This document shows, piece by piece, positions 12,756 to 28,044 of a stretch of 64,000 bases of DNA. The translations under genes were made by a program, and so were the position numbers. The stretch lies in the NCBI GenBank assembly GCA_951406725.2, contig OX597816.1:58094001-58158000 (forward strand), given 5' to 3'. Source of the DNA: Octopus vulgaris. Taxonomy: Eukaryota. The stretch's first letter is position 1; each line of letters starts with the position of its first letter. The notes under the pieces were generated by a model that was not told the origin of the DNA, ran no database searches, and was given only the letters and a program-made list of their open reading frames with translations.

Positions 12756-13664
12756 GGTACACACACGCGCGTATATGTGTGTATGTGAATATATATTTAT
12801 GTTGACACACACACACACACACAGATATTTCTACTGTCAGCGATAAGTAATTCATAAACGCGATATAAAGTTTTTACCCCTCTTTAGTAAGATTATCGCC
12901 TGTCAAAAAAGCCTTCTGTTTCATTGATTTCAGATTGATCTTTGCCCCTATTTACGGGGCAACGGCAGCCTAGAAGTTTCTACAAGATTAATATGATGCG
13001 CAAAGGTCAATTCCTCGTGGGGCACAATTGGAATCTAAACATTGCTCCTCAGCTATTTCGTCATCTGAGATATACACCCGAAGATATTCTAGAATATAAA
13101 ATTACCAACTCACAGTATCTAAGCCTATACAAAACAAACATGTTACCCTTTGGGGTCAAAATATCGGGGTGACGTTTGTAGATCGTAAAAGTATAGTTGA
13201 CATCTTTTTGTCTAGATTTTACACACACAACTGTTAGGGGTTGCAAGATACACAGAGGAAACGGATGAATATTCGAGGGTATTCGTAGAGTAGAACAATA
13301 GAGGGAAAGAGAAAGGTGGGGGAGGTGTGTCAGAAGCGCGGTATATTTGGTGTTGGAAATAATAGGTAAACATCAGTGAGAAAGGAAACAAAAGGAAAAA
13401 AGTAGTTGACAGAAAAAGAAAAGGTGTTGGTAACTTTAACACTTCATTTTCTATTGTCATAAACGGTTCTTTAATTATATCATATAATAAACTCATGACT
13501 AGAAAACTACTTTTAAATATTCTCTTCCTCGCTGAAAACACGAACAACCACCTCCATATTGGAGTCTTCCTTCACGTGACCGCTTCTCAACGCAGATATT
13601 CGTTTACTCTTCATTCAGGTCTCTCGCGAAAGCTAAAACAATTGCTTCTAAACTCAATGTTTAA

Positions 13665-13860
13665 GGTGGTGAGGTGGCAGAATTGCTAGTGCGTCGGACA
13701 AATTGCTGAGCAACATTTCTCCCGGCTGTCAACGTTGCAAGTTCAAATCACATACACGGTCAACCATACCTTTCATCCCTTCAGGATCGATAAAATAAAG
13801 TATCAGTCAATTATTAGGGTCAATGTAATCGTGTGTCCCAACCCCTTAAAATTACTGACC
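13665..13860 (+). mobile_element. SINE family B, diverged
   Basis: GGTGAGGTGGCAGAA head and CCTTTCATCCCTTCAGGATCGATAAAATAAAGTATCAG core. Confidence 0.7.
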
Positions 13861-14095
13861 TCGAACTCTGCAACGGACCGGTGTCCCGTTCAGAGGAATT
13901 GGTGTGATCTTGGTTATTTACATGCTATGAAAACCAAGTAAATGGCTTAATGAGTCCGAGGGTTCACGAAAATATTCCCTCAATATTTAGCCGAACTAAT
14001 ATAAATTCCTCAGAAATGATTATTTCTAGAGAGTTCTCAGGGTATGTCTAAGTTCATAATACAATTTGTAAAAGGAAGCTAGCTTCCTTTAATTA

Positions 14096-15030
14096 CGAGG
14101 GCGGGATGAAAAGGCAAAGGCTGACTATGAAGGAGTGATGCTAGAACTGAAAAATCTTGCATACATGAATTTCAACTCTTCTTATTAATAACTGCATTGT
14201 TTCTTTGCAAGTAAACTGACATCTGACTCTTCAAAGGAGACTTCGAAAGTAACTAGTAGCGACTTCTCTTGAAAACGGAAAAAATTTGGCATCGTGGTGT
14301 TATCAAGTACCTATGGAAAAAAAAGGTGGGGGTTAGCCTCTAGACATCCATGCTGACATGGTTGCTGTATTAGTGGTGACACTCAAAGTTTATCAACAGT
14401 GTAAACGTGGGCAGCTGAGGAAGGGAGAGACTTGAAGATGACCTAAGGTCTGGACGTCTTGCAACAGCCACCACTGAGGAAAACATTGATCGTGTTCACC
14501 ACATACTGACTGATGACAGGCGATTGACAATTAATCAAAATAGCCAATACTATGAGCATACCCTGTGAGAGTGTTGAGAATATTCTGCACAATCAAGTTG
14601 ACATAACGAACGTTTCTGCTCGGTGGGTCTTCTGACATTTGATCAAAAGCGCATGAGGCTGACCACATCACGGAAAAATCTGATATTGTTTGAGGCAGAT
14701 CCAGCAGGTTTCTTTGGACGTTTCCTAACTCAGGATGAATATTGGCTTCATCATGCTGAGCCAGAGACAAAGAAACAGTCTATGCAGTGGAAACCCTCCT
14801 CCTCTCCTGTTTCAAAGAAGGCCAAGGTCGTTTCATTTGCAGGGAATGTGATGGCCTCAGTTTGGTGGGATGCAAAAAGCATTGTGTTTATTGACTATCG
14901 TCAAAAGGACCACCCCTCAATGGAGAACACTATGCCAACGTGCTGAGGCAGTCACGGAAGGCTATCAAGACCAAACAGCCGAGAAAATTGACGAAAGAGG
15001 TCTGGTTTCATCAGGACAATGACCATATAC
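14096..15030 (+). mobile_element. Mariner transposon, 5' two-thirds, decayed
   Basis: TA|CGAGGG terminus; RSGR, ARWV, FLTQDEYWLHHAEPETKKQSMQWK, VMASVWWDAKSIVFIDY and FHQDN motifs broken by frameshifts. Confidence 0.85.
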
Positions 15031-15252
15031 CGCAGGTCGCAAAAGAATTATTTGCAGAGTATGAAATCTCAAGGTATAGGATTATCCAATATTTTTTGTA
15101 TTTTCTTGCTCATTCCCTCGCGTTCGTACCTGTGGTAGAATATAGAGAACAAACTGTAGAGTGGATTGTAGGTATCTGACACCTATTTCTAGCATTGGTG
15201 CTGGTAATTTTCTGTAGTCCTTAATTATAAATAAAATGAATGCCATATATAT

Positions 15253-15351
<99 letters not shown>

Positions 15352-15623
15352 AATATATATATGTATAGGCATATATATATGTATATAGATATATATATAT
15401 ATGTACACATACACACACATATACACATACATACATACACACATAACACACATACACACATGTACACGCATACTCAGTTATGCATTAATACGTATGTGCA
15501 TGAATTGTATATGTATGGGTTCTGTGTAAGTATATGTGTGTGTTTGTATATGTTTGCGTGTGAATATGTTTGCATATGGCTATATAGGTATATGTATCTG
15601 TAGAGTATGTGTTTGTGCGTGTG

Positions 15624-15655
<32 letters not shown>

Positions 15656-15994
15656 TGTATGTATGTATGTATGTATGTATGTATGCATGTATGTATGTAT
15701 GTATGTGTGCGTGTATATGTGTGTACATATATAACATTCCCCCATCAGCGGAAGTTGTCCAACCACCATTAAAACATCCCTCATGAAGTCAGCCTATAAT
15801 TTCCCTCTAGATGGCGTTAAGTCGTTGATACTGAATTGACCGACCAATCATTCGACTGCTATCGTCATACAGTGCTTTTTTTTTAATTGCTTCCGGGCTG
15901 ATTACGTTAAATTGTTGACTCAGTGCCTGAGGGGCCGGGCTGCCCACAAAAGCATTCAGTCTCGTGCCATTCGCAGAACAAAAGGAACTGTTTC

Positions 15995-16047
<53 letters not shown>

Positions 16048-16581
16048 TTATTCCAGCTACTCTTGTTTTTCGTCCACCACCTCTCTCCCTCTCTCTGTAT
16101 AACACACACACACACACACACAAACTCTCTCTCACACACACACACATACACACACACATAGACACAAACACACATATCACTTAGAAAACTTAGATGTTTT
16201 GCTCAGAGATTGGCCCAGGCCATGTCTAACTTGATAGTATTAATTGCTAGGATTTGTTTAGTCATTTTGATGTCACGTTTTGTGGTATCATGGTCCATTC
16301 AAGTAGCGAGTTATTGACTGAGGTGTATCCAGGTATGGGTAGCTTATCTGGCATTCTTTAAAGAAATTTCTCAAGATATCGTTTGAAAGTTGTGCGTGCG
16401 CACACACGAGACCCTCTTTTGTTTTGCTGGTATTTGCCCCCGTCACTTTTCTTTATTTCTTACATCCGTTTTACACTTCTTTTACATGGCGTAATTTCAA
16501 TAATTTTTATAATTTTCATAATCCTTATAATTTTTCAATATTTTAGCATTCTTAGCGTGTCTCATCTTTTTCAATAACTAA

Positions 16582-16795
16582 AGCCGTGACATGGCAGAAT
16601 CGTTAGCACGCCGGGCAAAATGTTTAGCTGCATTTCGTCCATCTTTATGTTTTGAGTTCAAATTCCGCCGAGGTCGACTTTACCTTTCATCCTTACAGAG
16701 TCGATAAATTAAGTACCAGTTAAACACTGGGATTAGTGTAATCAACTCCACCCCACCGAAATCGTTAGCCTTGTGTCAAAATTTGAAATCATTAT
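16582..16795 (+). mobile_element. SINE family B
   Basis: TGGCAGAATCGTTAGCACGCCGGGC...GAGTTCAAATTCCGCCGAGGTCGACTTT. Confidence 0.8.
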
Positions 16796-17189
16796 CCTTT
16801 CAATAAATTTTTCCCAATATTTTTTCTATATATTTTTATTTCTTACTTATTTCTGTATCCCAACAAATAGTCCCAATTTTTCTACTTTGTAATGTCTTTC
16901 ATTTCATTTTATCTATGTTACTTTTTTGAACTACTGACCATCCCTCCAAAACAATACATCTGTCACTATGATTGCTTTGTCATTCTTTTAGTTGTTCTGT
17001 TTTTCAGTATTTTTTAAATATTTTTGCAATCCTTATTCAATATAAATATTTTTGTACCATTCAAGATTATGTTTATTAAAGAGAAAAGGGAAAAATAGAA
17101 AAAAGGAAAAAAGAGAAAAAAGGAAAGAAATAGAAAAATAAGAAGCGGATACGGGTGTTTGAAGAATGCAATTGGAAGAATTCAATAGA

Positions 17190-17625
17190 GAAATAGCAGA
17201 TGGATATTAGAAGATAGCAATTTAAATCCGACCCAACAAGATCGTAATTGTAAAAACTGGTCGCAGTGTCCACTAAGTAATAAGTGCATCTCGAAAGAGC
17301 TTGAAGTTCAAAACAATAGAGATGCCGTAAAATCATAAATAGGGTTCACAGAAAACACATTTAAGGTTCGTTTCATGCAACACTTTTATACGATCCCTGA
17401 CAGTAGTAGAAGGAATTTTACATCGTTATCTAAGTACATGAGGAACATAAAGGAGAATAACATAAATAATCCTGTCATCAAGCGGAGCATTTTAGCTAAA
17501 GCAAGCGCCTATTAGGGACGGGGCACAAAATGAAATCTGTGCATAACTGAAAATCTCCACACCTTAAAGTCTATAAGCATTTAAATATACTCCTTCCCCA
17601 GACGAATTCCATGTACAAACGGGAC
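17190..17625 (+). pseudogene. Penelope-like GIY-YIG endonuclease remnant
   Basis: Reads NCKNWSQCPLSNKC...KS*IGFTENTFKVRFMQH...TSLSKY...SILAKASAY...K*NLCITE through stops; same architecture as 35060-35690. Confidence 0.7.
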
Positions 17626-18269
17626 ATCAGAAATCCTGAATGCGGGTTTCTACCTCCTCCCCCGCTTCATCCTTACCATAATAATCATCCTTACCATAAT
17701 AATCACCATTATTCTAACCAATACTGTCATTACAATTGCCGCTCCCATTTTTCTTCATCGATTTCATTATTAACCCTAATACCACTATCGGAACCGTTGT
17801 AAGTAGTAGTACATATACATTTGGCCGGCTTTACCTCTTGATCCCTTCAACAATACAGCTATACCTTCCATGATTTTTTCTGTTGGCCACCTGTATCGTT
17901 AATGACATTCAATACCTTTATTGTTTTTGCTATCACCTAATATTACACCTTTATATACTCTCACCCTCTTTATTTATTCTACACATCTTCCTCACTTTCT
18001 TTGCCCCTAGCTTTATTTACTGACTTCGTTTATATTTTGCTCAAATTTCCTTTCTTATTTAAGTTTTTAGTTTTTTAGTCTTTAAGACACATCCGTTTAT
18101 TTATTTATCATTTTTGCCTTTCCTCATTTTTTCCTGTTTGTTTTTTTATTTCCTGTTTTTTTTTCCCTCCAATATTTTTTCAACATTTTCTGTAATTTTT
18201 TTCCCGAAAAATGTTTCTTATAAGGTTCCTTATAATGTTATTATTATGACGAAAAACTCAAAATATATG

Positions 18270-19290
18270 TCTTCGAGAAATGCAGCTTCATGAATTGGTA
18301 TCCGAAGAAAATGTGTCCCCAACTGACAAAGCAAAACAAATAAAAAATATTGTCAAGCAAACCAGCCTCCAATACATTAAGAAGAAATGGGAACAAAAAC
18401 CACTGCATGGCAAATATTCGAGTAGAGTCAGGGGCCCTGATATAAATCAGACCCTTACTCTTCAAAGACTGATATGCTCTGGTCTCAAGCCAGAAACTGA
18501 GGTGCGTATTATTGCTTCTCAAGATTAGTGCCTTCCAACTAGGAATTACTTGTATAATGTTCTGAAACCTGAAAACAGCCCGTCGTGCCGTGTATGTGGA
18601 GAACGTCCGGAGGCAATCGATTACAAAAGCTCTTGATGCGACCGACTGGAACCAAAAGAGTGACTGCGAAGATATGACAGGGCAGCTCAGTACATACATT
18701 GGTCAAAATGCTTCACGTACAACCTTCCTCACAAAGAGAATTGGTGGGAACATAAACTATTACAAGCTGTCCAGAATGCCGAAGTTCAAACCTTTAGAAT
18801 TTCTGTGTTCAGACCAATCGGAAAATGTAGGCTAACCAACCAGATACCATTGGGGAAAAATCATACTGAAAAGGCTTGTATTTTTGGTGGATATTGCAAC
18901 CCCTGTTGACAAAAACACATCTTTGTAAACGTTTGAGAAATATATGGACTTGGAGATATAAATCAGAAGAACGTAGTTTCTCAAAGCAACAACTTCACCT
19001 ATTGTTATTGGGATGCCTGGAATGATATCAAGAAGAGCAACAAATATATTTGACCAAATTCCTGGCAGCCTGAAAATATGCGAATTATATAGGATTATAC
19101 ACGTGGCATCTCACATATTTTACGTAAATTCCTCTCCGTGTAAATGCAGTCTTATTAATTTTTCCCCCCGCCCCATCGTATGGTGCCTCACATGTTTGCA
19201 TCTTTAGATGAGAACAGGCGACAATCTTTTTTGTCCCTTGGCGTCTCTAACTGAAACCTGTATGCAGCTTTTATAAATTAAAGCAAAACC
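18270..19290 (+). mobile_element. R4/Dong-type RLE LINE 3' fragment 1 (old)
   Basis: KPLHGKY...SGLKPETEVRIIASQD*CLPTRNY...CRVCGE; followed by (TAA)n. Confidence 0.8.
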
Positions 19291-19294
19291 AAAC

Positions 19295-19361
<67 letters not shown>

Positions 19362-19362
<1 letters not shown>

Positions 19363-20285
19363 CTCTGCACGGCAAATATGTGGCCCGCAGCAAACAAGCT
19401 GATGTTGACCAGAAGCAAACCCATCAGTGGCTACGGAGCTCAGGGCTAAAAGCAGAGAGCGAAGGTTTCATTCTGGCTGCTCAAGATCAAAGCCTATTAA
19501 CCCGGAACTACCAGGCCAATGTGATGAAAAATGGAGTAGACCCAAAATGCCGATTCTGCAACGACATGATTGAAACAGTGGACCACCTAATCTCTGGATA
19601 TAAAGTCTTAGCACCAGTGGAGTATAAATTAAGACATGACAGAGTTGGCCAATATCTACACTGGCTAATAAGTCGGCATTACAATATCAAAACTGGCGAC
19701 AAGTGGTATAATCACCACCCTGAAGCTGTAACTGAAGGAGAAAATGTAACGATTCTGTGGGACTTCCCAGTACATACAGACCGAACCATCAAAGCCAATA
19801 AACCAGATATTGTTGTGAAAGACCAAAACAATAAAGTTTGCTTATTGATCGACATGAGCATCCCCTGTGATCATAATATCTCGGCGAAAGAGTTTGACAA
19901 GCTCAGAAAATATAAAGACCTGCCCATTGAAACTGAGAAAATGTGGCATCTCAAGGCGGTTACCATACCAGTGATCGTAGGAGCACTAGGAATGATCAAG
20001 AAGGGAACCGAAAATTATATGAGAATGAACCCTGGCTTACCATCCCTGCAAGAAGTGCAAAAGATTGTCTTAACTGGTACATCACACGTATTGAGAAGAG
20101 CATTGTTGATGTGAGAACTATTACTACCCATGTATTTTAATTTAACTTAAAAAAAAAAAAATGAACGAACTAGTGAGTTTAGTTTAATGGGCTACCAATG
20201 TATACTATGAGTTTCTTTGCCCTAGGAGTCGGGAAGACACCCTGCAAGAAATGGAAGTAAATTAGAAAGAAGAAGAAAAAATAAC
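19362..20285 (+). mobile_element. R4/Dong-type RLE LINE 3' fragment 2 (younger)
   Basis: 244-aa open frame: AAQDQSLLTRNY, zinc knuckle CRFC..DHLISGY, RHD, KPDIVV..LIDMSIP..KYKDL (PD-D/ExK nuclease), PVIVGALG; (TAA)n on both sides. Confidence 0.92.
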
Positions 20286-20286
20286 C

Positions 20287-20340
<54 letters not shown>

Positions 20341-20690
20341 GAGAACAGGAAGTGCCAGATAATTGGCTTGATAGTCCCAAATGCTGAAAAGATCAATATG
20401 AGAGATATAGAAAAAATAGCTAAGTACCAGGACCTAGCCATTGAATTACAGAGACTATGGAAGGGGTGGGTAAAATGTATCCCAATAGTTATAGGTGCAT
20501 TGGGAACTATTGGTAAATAAATGAACAGCTAGACAGAGGAAATAGGCATAAAACCCAGTTTAGTACAGCTCCAGAAAACAGTGTTATTAAGGACAGCTAG
20601 GATATTGAGGAGGGTTCTTGGCATCTAAGGTTACTTGTAGCCCGATGTTAGGAATTTTTCTTTTCTAACAGTATAATTTGTTGTGTGTCT
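20341..20690 (+). mobile_element. R4/Dong-type RLE LINE 3' fragment 3
   Basis: EKIAKYQDLAIELQRLW...PIVIGALG...LQKTVLLRTARILRRVL. Confidence 0.85.
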
Positions 20691-21254
<564 letters not shown>

Positions 21255-21255
<1 letters not shown>

Positions 21256-21636
21256 TTCAGTGCGACCATGAGATAGAGGAATCCTGATAGACTTTATTGA
21301 GAGAAAAAGCAAACTATGCTGGATCATAGATATAGCCAGTCCAGCTGACAACAAGGTATGCGATAGGCAAGAAAGAAAAGTCGATAGGTATGACAGGTTA
21401 GCTTGGGAGGTAAAGCAGTTGTGGTCGATGAGAAAGATGGTAGTGGTACCAATAATTGTCGGAGCCTTGGGAACAGTGAGTAAAAATCTCGAGAAGTACG
21501 TGGAACAAATAGGGGCTGCAATAAGGGTGGAGCACTTGCAGAAAGCAGCACTGCTTGGAACCGCTCGAATGCTCCGGAAGGTGCTCGAAAAATAAGAGGA
21601 GTACATCTCCAGCGTTAGAAGCTGTACAAAGGCAAG
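21255..21636 (+). mobile_element. R4/Dong-type RLE LINE 3' fragment 4
   Basis: CWIIDIASPAD...[13 protein letters not shown]...PIIVGALG...[17 protein letters not shown]. Confidence 0.85.
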
Positions 21637-21638
21637 TA

Positions 21639-21682
<44 letters not shown>

Positions 21683-21773
21683 ATTCAATGGAAGGAGGGG
21701 AAAATCGTGATACCAGCTTTCTGCCTTCTGCCTTCGTTGTCCCAACCCTCGTATAATCTCGTTAGGGTTAGGG

Positions 21774-21877
<104 letters not shown>

Positions 21878-21908
21878 ATACACACATATATATATATATA
21901 TGTATATA

Positions 21909-21996
<88 letters not shown>

Positions 21997-22289
21997 GTTG
22001 CCAAAATACAATTTGTTGTTGTCGAACTGGTTATATGAACCGTGACCATTCCGTCTTCTATTTAGATCCTCTTGCTCTACTCAGATTTCTCCCTCTCTCC
22101 CTCTCTTTGCTAAAACAGTAGGGTGTGAGTTAAGGAAGCTTTGGCAGTTATGTCTAGCAGATGGGGAGACCATAAGGAGACATCCCTGTTAGTATTAAGT
22201 GAACTCTGCTGATCTCCAAAGGTTTTTTTGTTCAACTCAGTCTTGTTTTCTTCCCGTTTCTCTAATATCGTATTAAGTATGTAATAGTG

Positions 22290-22424
22290 AAAGCAGGTAG
22301 GCGTGGCAAGTGACTCGAGGTGCGGGTGGTCCACAAAGCAGGTAGGCGTGGTAAGTGGCTAAATATGCGGGTGGTCTACAAAGCAGGTTGATGTGGTAAG
22401 TGGCTCTACATACGGGTGGTCTAA
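22290..22424. repeat. 45-bp minisatellite, 3 copies
   Basis: AAAGCAGGTAGGCGTGG(C/T)AAGTG...GCGGGTGGTC(C/T)AC units at 22290, 22335 and 22380. Confidence 0.9.
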
Positions 22425-22660
22425 GGACCTGAACAATGGAACTATCTTAAAAGAAATACACTTGGAGAGAATAAATTTTACTGTAATTCTATAGAGGCCC
22501 CAATAGTTATATAATAGAAGCACTTAATGTGTACATACATACATACATACATACATAAATACATACATACGTACATACATACGTACATACGTACATACGT
22601 ACGTACGTACAAAGAAGCATACAAGCATGCACACTCGTACTCATACATGCTCTCGTAGTA

Positions 22661-22825
<165 letters not shown>

Positions 22826-23029
22826 GTATATATATATATGTATATGTATATATATGTATAAACATATATGCATGTATATATGTACATGTATATATATTTA
22901 TATGTATGTACATATGTATATATATGTATTTATATATATACATATATATATCTAAATATGTGACCTCGTGAGTACCGCTGGCGATTTTTTTCCTCTGTCT
23001 TCCCTTCTCGGGATCTTTCCTTCTCCTAT

Positions 23030-23064
23030 GTTTCCGACGAAGAGCTCCGCTCGAAACGTTAAAC
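23030..23064 (+). ncRNA. Minimal hammerhead-ribozyme motif (CCGACGA core)
   Basis: GTTT-CCGACGA-A-GAGC-tcc-GCTC-GAAAC-GTT-AAAC: stem I GTTT/AAAC, stem II GAGC/GCTC, palindromic AACGTT in place of stem III. Confidence 0.65.
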
Positions 23065-23169
23065 CCTCCTTCTTCCCTTCTTTCCTGAGCGTCCAATAAT
23101 ACTTTATTTGTTCCACGTCCTCGCGTTGTTGTGCTTTTTTGTTCTTTTGTGTTTTATTGTTTGGATTAA

Positions 23170-23197
<28 letters not shown>

Positions 23198-23200
<3 letters not shown>

Positions 23201-23262
23201 CTTTGATACTTTGATAGGTTTCGGCCATTATTGGCCCAGGCCATGTCTAACTTAATAGCACC
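23198..23262 (-). mobile_element. LINE-type 3' tail stub with (ATCAAAGT)n end
   Basis: Same sequence on + at ~51105-51165: CATGGCCTGGGCCAATAATGGCCGAAACCTATCAAAGTATCAAAGT. Confidence 0.55.
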
Positions 23263-23304
23263 ATGTATATATATGTATATATATACATATATATATATAT
23301 ATAG

Positions 23305-24415
<1,111 letters not shown>

Positions 24416-24496
24416 AATGAAGCAAATAACTCTGAGTAGCCAATGACATTTATCAGAACAACAAAGACGAATACAAATTTATCAAAATGGCATCCA

Positions 24497-24654
24497 CAGG
24501 AGTGGCTGTGTGGTAAGTAGCTTGCTAACCAACCACATGGTTCCAGGTTCAGTCCCACTGCGTGACATCTTGGGCAAGTGTCTTCTGCTATAGCCCCTGG
24601 CCGACCAATGCCTTGTGAGTGGATTTGGTAGACGGAAACTGAAAGAAGCCTGTC

Positions 24655-24718
<64 letters not shown>

Positions 24719-25590
24719 CATATATATACCTTAACATATATTCCAGGCGCCCCGTACCCCCTTAACATTTATGTGAGCACATATTCTTAATAATTGGTAC
24801 GACTCTCTGTTTGTCTCTCTCTCTCTCTCATTTTTACTTGATCTGTCCCCCTCTCTCTCTTTTCTCTCTACTCATCCTCTTTTTCTCTTCTCTTTCCTCT
24901 GATTCTTTGGTCTAGTCTTCCACTACCCTCCTATTTCTTTGTCTCGCTCTGCACTCACAGGTCATTCTTCGACACCCATCCCTTCTCCTCTCTGATTCCT
25001 TCTTTCTCTCTCTTCTCTCTCTTTGTTGCGTTTGTCCCTCCTCTCTCTCTCTCCTCTCTCTCTCTCTTCCTTTGCTTCTCTTTCTTTTCTTTTCCCTCTT
25101 CTCTGTCACGTGACTGTTGGCCGAAATCTGCCTTTCAGTTTCTGACCCTCGTCTTGTTAACATCGCTGTTTTCGTCCGCCACTATAAAGGCTTTTTCCAT
25201 TGCGCCAGAGAAAAAATTTGTTTGCTTGTTATCAGTCGTAAGACACTGTTGTTTTCACCGTTAATGCTTCTGTATTTCATGTTTCTGTATTCCATTATTG
25301 TTTTTTGTTTTTTTTATATCTGTCCCTTTTGCTGTCCTGGTGTTCGTATGCATTCGATCCTTCTTCCAGGAAATCTACGCTTCCAGCTTAGTTTTTCTAA
25401 TGCTCGTTGCTTGGTTTTTCTTGGAGGGCTGGCCGTGATCTAGTAATCTCAAGATTAATCAGCCGAAATTACTACGATGATCCGGTTCTTGACTGAAGAC
25501 TGAGGGTTTCGAATGTCCTGTCCGTGTTTATTGTGTCGTCTTCTAAGAGTTATACGTTCTTGTCCATGTTGTATTTTTCTACATACCTTA

Positions 25591-25652
<62 letters not shown>

Positions 25653-25850
25653 TTGTCTGTCTGTGTTTGTCACCCTAGCATTGCTTGACAACCGATGCTG
25701 GTGTGTTTACGTCCTCGTCACTTAACGGTTCGGCAAAAGAGACCGATAGAATAAGTACTGGGCTTACAAAGAATAAGTCCCGGGGTCGATTTGCTCGACT
25801 AAAGGCGGTGCTCCAGCATGGCTGCAGTCAAATGACTGAAACAAGTAAAA
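24497..25850 (+). mobile_element. SINE family A split by a PLE-associated repeat (~24715-25590)
   Basis: 5' half 24497-24656, 3' half ~25655-25850; the insert matches the reverse complement of ~3260-3950. Confidence 0.72.
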
Positions 25851-26091
25851 AAAAAACCCATAAAACTTTTTGATTTACTAAAATTATCTCCATCCTTAAG
25901 TGAATTCCTGATTATTGAAATTATCTTTTCGTGTGGAGCTGGTGTTAATTGCCATTTGGTAATTACTATAAATCATAGAGAGGCAGAGATAATGTGTAAT
26001 AAAGCAAGAGTTTATGTTGAAAGGTATTTGATATACCTGTATGTTGGAATACATGCCACTGATCATTCTGAGTTATTTCCCTTAAATCCTT

Positions 26092-26242
26092 TCTGTGCGG
26101 TAAGAAGCTTGCTTCCCAACCACATGGTTCCAGGTTCAGTCCCACTGCGTGACACCTTGGGCAACTATCTTCTACTGTAGCCTCGGGCCCACCAAAGCCT
26201 TGTGAGTGGATTTAGTAGACGGAAACTGAAAGAAGCCTGTCG

Positions 26243-26301
<59 letters not shown>

Positions 26302-26478
26302 ATGTGTGTGTCTTTGTATTCGTGTTTGTCCCCCACCTCTTGACGACCGGTGTTGGTGTGTTTACGTCCCCGTAACTAAGCGTTTTGAAAAATGTCCTGG
26401 GCTCCACCCGTTCAACTAAATTCCTTCAAGGTGGTGCCCTAGCATGGCCGCAGTCTAATAAGTGAAACAGATGAATAT
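26092..26478 (+). mobile_element. SINE family A, internally deleted
   Basis: Matches 27450-27880. Confidence 0.8.
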
Positions 26479-26488
26479 AAGTTATATA

Positions 26489-26977
<489 letters not shown>

Positions 26978-26979
26978 TA

Positions 26980-27022
<43 letters not shown>

Positions 27023-27449
27023 CATATATATACATATATATATATAGATGTACTTTTTTTTTTATTAAAGCTGCAAAAACATCACAAAAAAAAACTGCTA
27101 CTCTGGGTTTCACGTTTCCGTTCGTCGGACGATTGTAATCAAGACTGGAATAAAAGTGTGGTGATACGTGTAATATATGATTTGTTATAATCCAACTTAA
27201 CGAAGAAGCATTTGAATTTGATTGGGTAATTTATTTTCAAAACATAAACAGTGTTGTATTTGCTAAAGGTTGGACGGGTTGGGTGGGGGCGGGATATAAA
27301 TTGAACAGAAAAATATGTTATATTATATAATGTCGGAAAACCCTGAAGTGAAGAAGGGCGTAATGCATGTCCAGAAGAGATTAATTAATAATTAATAATT
27401 AATAATAATTAATAATAATTATTATTATTAATAATAATTAATAATAATA

Positions 27450-27612
27450 GGCGTAGGAGTGGCTGTGTGGTAAGTAGCTTGATTACCAACCACATGGTTC
27501 CGGGTTCAGTCCCACTGCGTGGCACCTTGGGCAAGTGTCTTCTCCTATAGCCTCGGGCCGACCAAAGCCTTGTGAGTGGATTTAGTAGACGGAAACTGAA
27601 AGAAGCCTGTCG

Positions 27613-27664
<52 letters not shown>

Positions 27665-27882
27665 TGTGTGTTTGTGTGTCCGTGTTTGTCCTCCCAACAT
27701 CGCTTGACAACCGATGCTGGTGGGTTTACGTCCCCGTAACTTAGCGGTTCGGCAAAAGAGACCGATAGAATAAGTACAAGGCTTACAAAGAATAAGTCCT
27801 GGGGTCGATTTGCTCGACTAAAGGCGGTGCTCCAGCATGGCCACAGTCAAATGACTGAAACAAGTAAAAGAGTAAAAGAGTA
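27450..27882 (+). mobile_element. SINE family A, intact (tRNA-like head, CORE-like segment, central microsatellite, LINE-like tail)
   Basis: TGGCTGTGTGG A-box, GGTTCAGTCCC B-box-like, CCTTGGGCAAGTG, tail GCGGTGCTCCAGCATGGCCACAG...(GTAAAAGA)n. Confidence 0.88.
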
Positions 27883-28044
27883 ATTAACAGAGGAGTAAGT
27901 TTGTTTTTATAAATTTAAAAAACCAGGGATTAATGAAATTCCTAGGTTGAAATATTCAATGAGTTTATGGTATTTACACACACATACAAACATATACATC
28001 TACGACTATATACGCATACTCAAAATACATACACTTACTCTTTT

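Noticed and set aside
12850-13200. Possible PLE linker remnant (GQRQPRSFYKI)
   Set aside because: Similarity too slight to support without a profile search.
22290-22424. CRISPR-like repeat array
   Set aside because: Tandem units without unique spacers, eukaryotic context, no cas genes.
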